64,000 nucleotides of DNA from an uncultured Acidobacteriaceae bacterium (GCA_963732255.1 CAVSYV010000008.1:42649-106648); one strand, 5' to 3'; shown: positions 49,261 to 58,838, counted from the first letter of the stretch. Notes: generated by a model not told the origin, from the letters alone. A program made the numbers and translations.

Positions 49261-50658
49261 TTAAGAAACCGCAGTGGAACGCCGGCGGCGATCCACCTGC
49301 AACCAGATCCAATGGCTCATGGCGTGGAGGCGCGATCCGTTGCCGGGCGGATGCCACGGCATATGCGCGCCGACTCCGGCGAAGACTTCGCGGGCGAAGA
49401 TCTTGCCCGGCCTGGCGGAATCCATCTGTTGCCAGCGGGCGCGGGCCAAGGTAACAACGGCGGCTCCCAGCACGGAACCGGTGGCGCAAAGCAAAACGAT
49501 TTGCATACGAGGCGGGAAGGACCGCCGCTCGGGAACCCGGGCGGGATCGAGAACCTTCACGCTGGGGGTCTCTTTGGCTTCTTCGACACGCGCCAGTTCG
49601 TATTCCTGGGTCAAGGTCTCGTAAAGCGCCTCCTTGATCTTCGCCCGGCGATACAGATCCGAGTACGTAACTCCCAGAAGCGGCAACTCCCGCATGGAGG
49701 GATAGAGCGAATGAGCCGCGTTGTCGGGCTGGGGACTTTGTTTTCGATCCGGATCCTGATCCCCGCCCCGCATATTATCCAGCTGCCGCCGCAGCTCGGC
49801 AATGCGGGCCTCGACGGACTGCACGTGAACGTTGTTCCGTGTGTAGATTGGTTCCAGCCCCTTAAGCTCCGACTGGGCTGCGATCAGCTGGCCCATCAAG
49901 ACAGCGCTCGCATCGACCATGCTCTTGCCCTGTTCCGGGATGTCGATGGCGTCATTCTTGCTCTCGAACTGGCTCAGATCCCGGGCTGTCTGATCCAGTT
50001 CCTGCTTCACCGAGCGCAGCCGCTCTTCGAGAAATACGCGCTCCCGGTGCGCGGCCGAAGTGGACAGCTCGGCCACCAGGCGATTCAACTCCTCCACATA
50101 GGCCGCGGCCAGGGCGGCGGCACGCCGGGCGTCGCGGTCGGACACGTCGATGGTGATGATTCCGCTCTTGCGGTCCTCAAAAATTGAAGTGTTTGCGTCC
50201 AGCTGGCGCCGCGCGTCATCCTCCAGCCGGGTCCCATAAATTTTCTGGAGATGGAATCGTCCGACAATGCGGTCTTCGAGCGTGGCGCTGGTGAGAATGC
50301 CGATGAACAGGGCGCCGGAACTCTTCAATCCCAGGACGTCTCCGGCCACTCCCGCCAAGGAGCCGCTCTTGGCGGCCAGCCCCGCCATGAGCATGCCCTC
50401 CCCCGGGCGATTGTCCGGGGGCATGAGCTGGGTGCGCGACTGGTATCGGGTGGGCAAGAGAAAAGCGGTGAGCGTACCGGCCAGCAAACCGATCCAGCCC
50501 GCGCGCCCGAGGAAGCGCTGGCCGCGCCATAGCTCCGGCAGATAAGGAATCGCCGTCTCCCCGGTGTAAGGAGATTCTGCCCGCGGCGCGACGGGCGGCT
50601 CGACCCAGAAAGGTTGCGGGGCGGGACGTACTTGCGATTCGTTGTAAGTCTGGGTCAC
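49261..50658 (-). CDS. wzz: Polysaccharide co-polymerase / chain-length determinant (Wzz/GumC-like), no kinase domain
   Basis: TM1 (WIGLLAGTLTAFLL), then YQSRTQLMPP, a long coiled-coil periplasmic region, and a C-terminal TM (IVLLCATGSVLGAAVV). No Walker A motif. GTG start. Confidence 0.7.
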   Translation of the reverse strand: MTQTYNESQVRPAPQPFWVEPPVAPRAESPYTGETAIPYLPELWRGQRFLGRAGWIGLLAGTLTAFLLPTRYQSRTQLMPPDNRPGEGMLMAGLAAKSGSLAGVAGDVLGLKSSGALFIGILTSATLEDRIVGRFHLQKIYGTRLEDDARRQLDANTSIFEDRKSGIITIDVSDRDARRAAALAAAYVEELNRLVAELSTSAAHRERVFLEERLRSVKQELDQTARDLSQFESKNDAIDIPEQGKSMVDASAVLMGQLIAAQSELKGLEPIYTRNNVHVQSVEARIAELRRQLDNMRGGDQDPDRKQSPQPDNAAHSLYPSMRELPLLGVTYSDLYRRAKIKEALYETLTQEYELARVEEAKETPSVKVLDPARVPERRSFPPRMQIVLLCATGSVLGAAVVTLARARWQQMDSARPGKIFAREVFAGVGAHMPWHPPGNGSRLHAMSHWIWLQVDRRRRSTAVS

Positions 50659-50692
50659 GCGGCCGTTCTCGACCGATAAAGGAGGAGCAGCG

Positions 50693-53180
50693 TCATTTTC
50701 TGTCCGGCGGGGGCCAAAAGGTCAGTTGAAACGAGGCGGCAACATTCGCTTTCGCTGCGGCGAACAGCAGGGGAAAATGCCAGTGTTCGTACTGAGATCC
50801 GGCGAAAAATCCGATGCCCCGGCCCAGCATGACGTGAGTGCGCAAAGAGATGTCATCGAGGCGTCCGCCCTCCAGGAACGACCGGATCGATGTTGTTGTG
50901 GCGGAATGCTAATTGAAGGTCACTGCGCGGAGAGAAGTGATACGTGGTCCAGGCCTGCTCCCCCCGTCCTCTGCGTCCCACCCAACTGCCGATGAGAGTG
51001 CCGGCATTGGTATATCCGGAGCGGTAGCGGGTGTCCCAATAAAAGGCGCCCGGACCGTAGCGAGCCGGAACGTTCAGATCGGTGGTAACCCCTTCGGCGC
51101 GGAAATCGAAGTTCTGCGCTTTGGGCAGCCGGGGAAAGTAGAAGCCGGGATTGATCGCGGGCCGGCTGGAACCAATCGGCGAGTACTCATCGATGACCAT
51201 GGAGTCGAGGTAGACCTGCATCCAGTTCCGCAGCCCAGGGACGCGGTAGTTGAAGTCGAATTCCGACAGCCGCTTGGCTGGGTTGTTGGCAATGCCGGCG
51301 CGATGCGAATAAAAGGTGCGCGCGAAGTTTCCCCAGGTGAAGGGATTACCGATGCCGCCGAACTGGGCGGTGAAGCCCATGCCAAACTCCAGATTGCCGC
51401 TGGGGTGGAAGCTGATTTTTGTGCCGTGAAGAAAAGGCTGGGAGCGAAGATTTGGCCCGTAAAGTTGAGGCGAATATTCCCAGGTCTGACCCGACAGACG
51501 CCCAAGGAAAAACTCCGAGCGGGCCGGACCCAGCACCCGCGAAAGCAGGGGAACCTCGTAAGGGGCGGTGGTATCGATGCGCACCATGTCCACGGGCGGC
51601 GCGTTGTTGCTGAACAGCAAAGGGCCGGAGTCGCCCGGTCCCAGCCATAGGCTTTCCCGGCCGAACGAAACGTCGAATCCGTTGCAGGTCAGGGAAACAG
51701 CGCCGGCGACCAACTGAAAGCGATTGACCGCAGCGCTGGCGTCGGACAGCGGCAGGGTGGAATCCACCGCTGCCGTCGCCTCTAATACCGCCGCCGGTTC
51801 GGAGGCGACGGCAGGCGCGTGCTGATACTCTCCCTGGAGTGAGACGGCGAGCGGCCCCATTTGTCCATGCGCCGTGACCCCGGAGATGGCATTCAAACCT
51901 TCGCCGTAAGGCCGCCCGTAGTCGTTGATGATGGTCTGGCCGAAGTGGTACCCGTCGCGCAAAGGCTGGCCGCTGATTGCGGTGGCGCGTAAGTAAACAG
52001 AGTCCACGTCAGCCGTAGCGCTGTGCTCTCCGTCGAGACGCCGCTCTTCCTCATGGAATTCGCTCTCCAGCGCGGAAAATGTTTTCTCAACTGCCGGGCC
52101 ACCGGCTCCGAGAGTGGTTCTTTGATCTTCGGCTTCGTCGAGCAGGCGCGTGCACTCGAGGCGAGTCCAGGGACGCAGACCCAGAAACGCATCGCCGACA
52201 TATCCCAGCGCAATCAGCCGGTCAAAGGCGGCATAGACCCAGCTATCGATGGGAACGTAGGGCGATCCAAAGTTGCGCGGGCTGCGCGTTGTTTCGGGGC
52301 TAAGAACGTCGTCGATCGGATCGCCCCAAGGCGCGCCGGGCGCGTCCGCATCGTGATGCGCGCGGTAGGACTGGCGGGCGAAATACCAGCCGAGCGCGCT
52401 GCCCACCAGAACGTCGGAAGCGAAGTGTTGTTTGCCGGTCACGCGGGTAATGTCGACCGCCGACGCCAGACCATAGGCCATCGTCTGGCTGAGAGGGCCG
52501 GGATATTCGTGAGCCCACACGCTGGCCACCGACCACGCCACGGCCGCGTGCTCGGAAGGAAACGAGCTGCCCCCAGCAAAAAAGTTTCCGTGCCCGCTTG
52601 CTTGATAGGGTCGCTGCCGCTCGAAGGCCGACTTGAAAAGATAGGCGGCCGCGGCGCTATCCATGGCCGCTTCGGCACTGAGCAGCCCGGTTTCGGCCAG
52701 GTGATCGTCGCTCCGCACCTGTCCCAGCAAGTAAGAGCTGGCGCTCAGGCCGGCAAGCCCGTACACCGCGTAGTTCGAAGCCGTCTGGCTGCGGCTGACC
52801 GTGGGGGAAGAAATCTTTTTATCCAGCTGCCTATCCAGCCAGCTGTCGGAAGCGACCACCGCCGCGAGCACACCCGCCGCGGGCGCGGCCCATTTCAGAT
52901 CTTGCACTTGCAGGCGCCGGGGCAGCGTCCAGAATGTTTCTTGATCTTGCATCAGATGTTTGACAAAGGGCGACAGCCAGCGGTTTTCCGGATCTTCGTC
53001 CGGCGGCAACTGGTAAGGGGAACTCGCGCGCGCCGAACCCACGGCCTCAGACGCATTTCCACTCACCTCGGCCGGAGGCGCGGAGACCGGCTTGGCGATT
53101 GTGTCCATCTGCGCGTAGGCGATCAAGTTCAAGAAGGCGATTGCGACTAACCAGCCTGATTTGGCGGCCACGGGCCTCAT
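50693..53180 (-). pseudogene. PAP2 phosphatase domain fused to a Wzi-like outer-membrane capsule-assembly domain; frameshift near 50879 truncates the last ~55 residues
   Basis: Signal peptide. PAP2 motifs KSAFERQRP, PSEHAA, TGKQHFASD. Wzi-like segment FDRLIALGYVGDAFLGLRPWTRLECTRLLDEA plus a beta-rich remainder. ORF stops at 50853, but the adjacent frame continues with FLEGGRLDDISLRTHVMLGRGIGFFAGSQYEHWHFPLLFAAAKANVAASFQLTFW to a TGA at 50693-50695. Confidence 0.7.
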
Positions 53181-53193
53181 GACTACGGTCCGC

Positions 53194-56100
53194 CTAGAAG
53201 CTGCGCGCCACCTGGATGGCGATGCCCACCGCGTAGGCCAGCTGCGCTGACTCCAGCGTGGACTTCCATTTGGTGGTGCCGCTAAAGGCCTTCTCGGGAA
53301 CCATCACCAGATCGCCCGGTTGAAGCCCATCGTGAGTCACGCTACCGCTAAACATTCCGCCCGAACCGCCGGCCACCGAGCCATCGGCCCGGATCACAAA
53401 AATGGCTCTCTTGTTGGCCATATTGGTCGGCCCTCCCGCCTGTTGGAGATACCAGCCGGCGCTTTTCCCCGGTTTATAGGCCACCGCCGTGGGGTTATAG
53501 ACCGAGCCGTCGACCATCACAAACGTCGGCTTTTTCGGAATGTAGATGGTGTCTCCCGCGCGTATGGGAATGTCGGCTGACGTATTGGCCCAGTGCCCGA
53601 TGTCTTTGTTGATGCGAATGGTCAAGCGCCCGGTGGGGGGAGCGCTTTGCAGTTTTTGCAGCGCCGCCTGCCACTGATCGACCGCCGCTTCCTTGGCGTT
53701 CTTGTCGTTGGGATCGGATTCAGGAATTAAGGCCAGGCTGCTGCCATCGATCTCCACCTGGTGCAGCAATTGATTGCGGTTGGCCTGTTCGAGATCCCGC
53801 ACCTGTATCCGCTCGAAAACCAAGCCGTGGGGATAAGCATCGGAACGAAAACCGCCCGCACGGTTCAAGGCCGAGCTGAGACGTTCGCCTTCCTGAATTC
53901 CATAGGTTCCCGGGTGCACGACTTCTCCGGTGACCGACACCGTCGCGCCTACATCGTTCCACCCCGCCAATTCGCGCACCGTGAGCACATCCCCGTCGTG
54001 CAGCCGCACATCCGTGTCCGGTTCCCCGGCGAGGGCGCGTGCCAGTGCGATGGTCCTATGTTCTCCTACCACCTTCGATCCCTGCTCGATCTCGTAACGG
54101 GTCAGGTCCGCGGCCGCCGTGTAGGCTCCCCGCTTCAGGCCGCCAGCCACCCGCACCAGTCCCGCCGCGGTCATATTCTCGGCCAGCGGATACCTGCCCG
54201 GCTGCGCCACCTGCCCTTCAACCTTGACGCTGGGGGGATCGGCTTTCGCCAGATTCTTATGGATGAACAGCCGGTCCATGGGCTCGAGCACGACGTTTTG
54301 TTTGGCATCTCCGCTCATCGCCTGGGCCAGATTCACGCTGATGACCTGAAGCTTGCCATCGGCGGTCCGGCGAAATAGTTGCGCGTCGGTGAGCGAAGCC
54401 TCGGGCGTCGTGCCGCCGGCCAGATAGACCGCGTCGCGCAGGTAGGTCTTCCCATTGGTGATGTGGTCGCCGGGATGATGCACCTCGCCGCTCACCGTGA
54501 TCAGCGGCGGCTCTTCGAAATCGAAGCGGCTGAAGATGCGCACCGTGTCGAAGGGTTTCAGCGCGATGTCCTGCTCTCCGCCCTTCATCGCCTCGGTCAG
54601 ATTGAAGGCCATCACCGCGGGAGCGTAGTCGGGCGCGTTCAGGCGGATGACTTCCGCATATTGTCCCGCGGGCTCAGGCAGCATGTCTTTATAGGAGCGA
54701 ATCATGTCCGTGAGCCGCATGCCCTCGCGATAAGCATATTTACCAGGATGGAAGACGTGGCCATCGAGGTACACCGTCTTCTCGCTCGATGCCAGGATCG
54801 GGGAAATCCGCACCTTGTCACCATCCTGCACATTGAACTCAGCCAGGGCTTGGTTCACCTGCTCGGCGGAGTTGTCCTCGGGCAAATCCAGCCGCAGCAT
54901 GGTGCGGCTTTGGTGGGCGATGACCCGCTCCACTTCAATGTGCCGCAAGGTTCCGGTGGTCAAGACTCCTCCGGCAAGTTCCAAAACTTCTGCCAGATTC
55001 ATGTCCCCCCTTAATTCATAAATCGCGGGACGGCGTACCATGCCCTCGACCGTAACCTCTTCTCCCAGAGGCGGAATCTGGATGGTGTCTCCGGCTTCGA
55101 GTCTCTGGCATCGGTCGCGCACCCCGTGCAACAGCAGGTCGTAGACATCGGTGGTCTCAATCAATCGGCTTCCCCGCAGATGGCGCAGCGTGCGAAGCGA
55201 GCCGCGCGCGGTGGGACCGCCGGCGAGATACAGCGCGTTCAGCGGCGTCGATAGCGAGCTGACATCGTAGGCTCCCGGACGCACCACGTCGCCCACGACG
55301 TAGACGCGCACAGTCCGCAGCCGGGCCAGCGAGACGTCGACCTGCGCGGCCCGGTACTGCGTGCGCAACCGGGCCTGCACCATCTCCTGTACCTCGGCCA
55401 GGCTCTTTCCCGCCACCTGCACCGCGCCGGTATCGGGCAGCATGACCAGCCCCTGGCGATCGACAGCGCGTTCGAGGCGGCCGGAAACGCTTCCCCAAAT
55501 CTCAATGCTCAAGCCATCTCCGGGGCCGACCACATAATCAGGGCCGACCGGCATGTCCATGGGCAGCCGGTCGTAATTGCCGGTGCCATTCTGAAACACC
55601 TCCAGCCCGAACCTCTGCGCCACCGGCGATCGCTTGGAGACTTGCTTATATAAATCGTAAAGCGAGGGGATATGTTCATACGGATTGGGCTGGGTGCGAA
55701 TAGCCGGCTGATCGGCATCCGATGGAGAGACACGGCGCTCCGGCGGTTGCCGATCCCACGGCCTGGGCGGCACATTCATTGCCGCAGCGTTCGGCTGACG
55801 AGGCTGAGACCAGCTTCCACCGAAGAAACCGGGCGACGCTGGAAACGATTCGTCGCCGCTGGTTCCGCCTCGCTGCCCTAAATTTCCCTGCCGCACCCCT
55901 GGTCCGGCGTTATCACCCATGCTGGTGCTGAGCAGGCTGGGCAATTCCTCGGGGCTGACGGGAGGCAAATCGTCTTCCGGGGGGACAGGGACATTGAGGT
56001 TATCGCCCCCCGGAGGTTCGTCTCCACCCAGACTCTGGGGACGGGAATAGTCGGGAGCATAGTTGGGCACAAAATCGGGAAAAGGCTGGACGGGATTCGT

Positions 56101-56697
56101 TTCCATGGGGCGCGAACCTTGTTGGCTTGGCGGCTGGGTCGCCGGCTGGGCGTGGTTCGTGGACCAATATTGATTCTCTTGCGATCCCTCAACCTGCTGC
56201 GGCACCTCTTTCTCCGTCCCTTGGCGTTGCCTATCCCGCGCTGGCCGATCCCGTTGCTGCGTGTCTTGGGCGGAGTGCTGATACTGCGAGCGCCAGTCTT
56301 TGTCCTGCTGCAACTCATCCACGCGCGGCTTGGCGCGTACGTACATGCGCGCTTCGATTTCCCGGGTAGCGAGGATGCGAACGTTGTTGTCCTGCTGCAA
56401 AAGAGCAAACACCGTCTCGTCGGTGAGATCGTTCGGGTCGAGCAGCCGGCCCTGTTCGTAGGCTTTGCGAACCAGAGTTTTCTTCACTTCGAGCAGCAGT
56501 CCGGGTTCGCGCGATAGGATCTGCTGAATCGCCGGCGCCGAAAGTGACACCATCTGCTCCGCCTCCCGCTCGGCGCGGTCCTCCGCATTCGCGGGCCGCT
56601 GCGTCTGGGCGTAGCTCTGGCTTCCCTGCCCCAGGCACACCAGTAAGATGACGGAAATCTGCAGGAGTAATCGCCTCTGGTTTTCGCGCTTCAGCAT
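53194..56697 (-). CDS. wza: Giant Wza-family polysaccharide export protein (Poly_export domain plus multiple SLBB repeats)
   Basis: Signal peptide. A Gln/Pro/Arg-rich N-terminal extension of about 390 aa. Poly_export motif PDYVVGPGDGLSIEIWG. At least five SLBB-like repeats follow (V.V.G.V..PG.Y....... L..a...AGG). Confidence 0.85.
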   Translation of the reverse strand: MLKRENQRRLLLQISVILLVCLGQGSQSYAQTQRPANAEDRAEREAEQMVSLSAPAIQQILSREPGLLLEVKKTLVRKAYEQGRLLDPNDLTDETVFALLQQDNNVRILATREIEARMYVRAKPRVDELQQDKDWRSQYQHSAQDTQQRDRPARDRQRQGTEKEVPQQVEGSQENQYWSTNHAQPATQPPSQQGSRPMETNPVQPFPDFVPNYAPDYSRPQSLGGDEPPGGDNLNVPVPPEDDLPPVSPEELPSLLSTSMGDNAGPGVRQGNLGQRGGTSGDESFPASPGFFGGSWSQPRQPNAAAMNVPPRPWDRQPPERRVSPSDADQPAIRTQPNPYEHIPSLYDLYKQVSKRSPVAQRFGLEVFQNGTGNYDRLPMDMPVGPDYVVGPGDGLSIEIWGSVSGRLERAVDRQGLVMLPDTGAVQVAGKSLAEVQEMVQARLRTQYRAAQVDVSLARLRTVRVYVVGDVVRPGAYDVSSLSTPLNALYLAGGPTARGSLRTLRHLRGSRLIETTDVYDLLLHGVRDRCQRLEAGDTIQIPPLGEEVTVEGMVRRPAIYELRGDMNLAEVLELAGGVLTTGTLRHIEVERVIAHQSRTMLRLDLPEDNSAEQVNQALAEFNVQDGDKVRISPILASSEKTVYLDGHVFHPGKYAYREGMRLTDMIRSYKDMLPEPAGQYAEVIRLNAPDYAPAVMAFNLTEAMKGGEQDIALKPFDTVRIFSRFDFEEPPLITVSGEVHHPGDHITNGKTYLRDAVYLAGGTTPEASLTDAQLFRRTADGKLQVISVNLAQAMSGDAKQNVVLEPMDRLFIHKNLAKADPPSVKVEGQVAQPGRYPLAENMTAAGLVRVAGGLKRGAYTAAADLTRYEIEQGSKVVGEHRTIALARALAGEPDTDVRLHDGDVLTVRELAGWNDVGATVSVTGEVVHPGTYGIQEGERLSSALNRAGGFRSDAYPHGLVFERIQVRDLEQANRNQLLHQVEIDGSSLALIPESDPNDKNAKEAAVDQWQAALQKLQSAPPTGRLTIRINKDIGHWANTSADIPIRAGDTIYIPKKPTFVMVDGSVYNPTAVAYKPGKSAGWYLQQAGGPTNMANKRAIFVIRADGSVAGGSGGMFSGSVTHDGLQPGDLVMVPEKAFSGTTKWKSTLESAQLAYAVGIAIQVARSF

Positions 56698-56731
56698 GTT
56701 CTTGTCTTTCCCGGCAAGCGAAAATGAATCT

Positions 56732-57316
56732 TTACCGGCATGGTTCTACGTCCATCTCGTCGACTTCCACCGCCACTGACCGCATGAGAATCTCTATCGA
56801 GACCACCAGCCTGAGTCCTTCTTTACGCCGCAACAGAATTCCCTCCAGTCCGACCATCGGGCCCCGGCGCAGACGCACGCGCAGGCCGGTCCGCAGATAG
56901 GGATGCGGCTCCATGGGCACGCTGCCTGCGGCGCGCCGGAAAGGCTCGATCTCCTCCGCCGCCAGGGGGGTTGGCTTGTCCTGAGAGCCGACAAGACTGA
57001 CCACTCCGGGGATCTCCAGCACGCGTAGACGATCCTGCAGCGCAAGATGTACAAACACGTAACCGGGAAATAGCGCCAGCACCACTTCTTTGCGGCGATC
57101 TTTCCAGCGATGCGTTGCCCGGTATAGGGGGACAAAGCCCTGCATCCGCCGCCGCTCCATCTGCTCGGCAACTTTTTTCTCGTGGCGAACACAGGTGTAA
57201 ACTGCATACCATTTTGCGGCGGTCGACTCATCGGCGGCCCGCGCCTCAAAGTCTTGCGCCAGTGTGGAGTTATCACAATTCATGGTTCTGCCCGCCAACA
57301 CGCACAGCTTCGCCAC
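56732..57316 (-). CDS. NusG paralogue (RfaH/UpxY-like operon-specific transcription antiterminator)
   Basis: NGN domain WYAVYTCVRHEKKVAEQM...FPGYVFV and KOW-like GLRVRLRRGPMVGLEGIL. First gene of the EPS operon. Alternative start at 57283. Confidence 0.8.
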   Translation of the reverse strand: MAKLCVLAGRTMNCDNSTLAQDFEARAADESTAAKWYAVYTCVRHEKKVAEQMERRRMQGFVPLYRATHRWKDRRKEVVLALFPGYVFVHLALQDRLRVLEIPGVVSLVGSQDKPTPLAAEEIEPFRRAAGSVPMEPHPYLRTGLRVRLRRGPMVGLEGILLRRKEGLRLVVSIEILMRSVAVEVDEMDVEPCR

Positions 57317-57408
57317 CTGAGTTACACAGTCGATTCCAGAAGATTTCAGAAATTACTTCCACGCCTGCTTACGACGAATGGCCGGGGTTTAAGCCAGCCA
57401 TTTTGGTT

Positions 57409-57789
57409 TCATATCCTGGCCGCGCCCACGACTGAGGGCACATCCCGCAGCGCGCTCAGGATTCCCGCCTCGGAACTCTCTACCGGATTGGTGCGAATGT
57501 TCACGATGGTCCAATACAGGATTCCGCGATTCTGCTCGGGAGCCAGCGCCAGAATCTTCATCTGCGGATATCGGCCCAGCAGAAATCCGCACTCTCCCGT
57601 GCTCGTTTCCTGATCGACCAAGGCAACAATGAGCACATCCGGCCGCACCTGCTCGACTATCTCAGTGAGGTCTACGGGGTGATCGAGGTCTCCGCAGATC
57701 TCGATATCCGGCTGGTCGGCAATCGTCGCCAACACGATTTCACGCATTAGTCGCGGACGGTTGGCCACCAGCACTCGTACACGTTTCAC
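57409..57789 (-). CDS. Stand-alone receiver-like protein lacking the phospho-acceptor pocket (pseudo-receiver)
   Basis: CheY-like layout RVLVANRPRLMREIV...PDVLIVAL. The acidic DD pair is replaced by AN, and the phospho-acceptor Asp position reads Ala (IVAL). Confidence 0.6.
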   Translation of the reverse strand: MKRVRVLVANRPRLMREIVLATIADQPDIEICGDLDHPVDLTEIVEQVRPDVLIVALVDQETSTGECGFLLGRYPQMKILALAPEQNRGILYWTIVNIRTNPVESSEAGILSALRDVPSVVGAARI

Positions 57790-57907
57790 CGCAGATCTCC
57801 TCGCATTCGTAGTATGTGGCGTGGGAGAAAAAAAACAAGGTTCAAAAATGACTCAGACAAAGCTCTCAATTCCGGAAGAGACGCACGGTTCATTTCGAAA
57901 CTTACGA

Positions 57908-57968
57908 GGTTCTAGTCGGGATCCTAATGTGGACTAATAACACCTCATTCAGCGGTTCTAGATCGGGA
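57908..57968. promoter_or_regulatory. Two copies of GGTTCTAG(N)CGGGA in the divergent regulator intergenic region
   Basis: ggttctagtcggga at 57908-57921 and ggttctagatcggga at 57954-57968. They sit in a lower-GC 308-bp spacer between the pseudo-receiver and the LuxR-type gene. Confidence 0.25.
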
Positions 57969-58103
57969 GACCGAGCTGAGTGTTTCAAATTGGTATGTCT
58001 GGGTGGAGACCCCGTCTACTCGTGCGCACGGAAAGCTGGTTAACCGCCGTTAAGATGATGATCGTGAATTACCAATCGCACCGCTCGAAGAAAGGCCTTG
58101 CCC

Positions 58104-58838
58104 ATGGCCGGAGATGAAGTGAAGGTGTTCTTGCTCTGCGAAAATCGTCTGTTACGTGAGGCCTTACTGCGAATTCTCGGCAAGCGGGTGGGGGTTATTA
58201 TTGTCGGAGCTTCCGGCTATTCACGGGACACACTAAAAGAGCTGATTGCTTGCCCGCCGCAGATCCTTCTGCTTGATTTTATCGGCCACGCAGTCACCCA
58301 GCCTCTGCTGTTGCGGCATCTCCACGAGGCTCTTCCGGGCACGCAGATTGTAATGGTTGGAATGGAGGCAAAAGAGGACGATTTCTTTCACTCCGTCCGC
58401 GAAGGCGTTGCCGGATACGTGCTGCGCGAAGCTTCCGCGGCCGAAGTTCTAAGCGCGATCCGGTCGGTCGCCGCCGGTGAGGCGGTTTGTCCGGCCTGCT
58501 TTTCCGCCACCCTGTTTCGTTGTGCTTCGCAACATCTGGCTGTTCGGGAGAACTTGCGATCGCGCGGTCCCAGCGAATTGAGCCGCCGTGAGCAACAACT
58601 GGTAGAACTGGTCTGCTGGGGATTGACCAACAAGGAAATCGCTTCCCGCCTCCACCTCTCGGCGCACACGGTTAAAAACCACATTCACCGCATTTTTAAA
58701 AAGACCGGAGCTTCGGACCGAATCGCCTTGATCGACAACTATCAGAGCCGATTATCCCCGGCGATGGCGTCTGCTAACTCCGGTGGAGAATTTCACATCC
58801 CTGGGGTTCTCCATGACGGACCTCAAACGCAAGACTGA
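58104..58838 (+). CDS. NarL/FixJ (LuxR-type HTH) response regulator with an atypical receiver
   Basis: C-terminal LSRREQQLVELVCWGLTNKEIASRLHLSAHTVKNHIHRIFKK. The receiver keeps an Asp in ILLLDF, but DD is replaced by EN (LLCEN) and the conserved Lys by Arg (YVLRE). Confidence 0.8.
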   Translation: MAGDEVKVFLLCENRLLREALLRILGKRVGVIIVGASGYSRDTLKELIACPPQILLLDFIGHAVTQPLLLRHLHEALPGTQIVMVGMEAKEDDFFHSVREGVAGYVLREASAAEVLSAIRSVAAGEAVCPACFSATLFRCASQHLAVRENLRSRGPSELSRREQQLVELVCWGLTNKEIASRLHLSAHTVKNHIHRIFKKTGASDRIALIDNYQSRLSPAMASANSGGEFHIPGVLHDGPQTQD

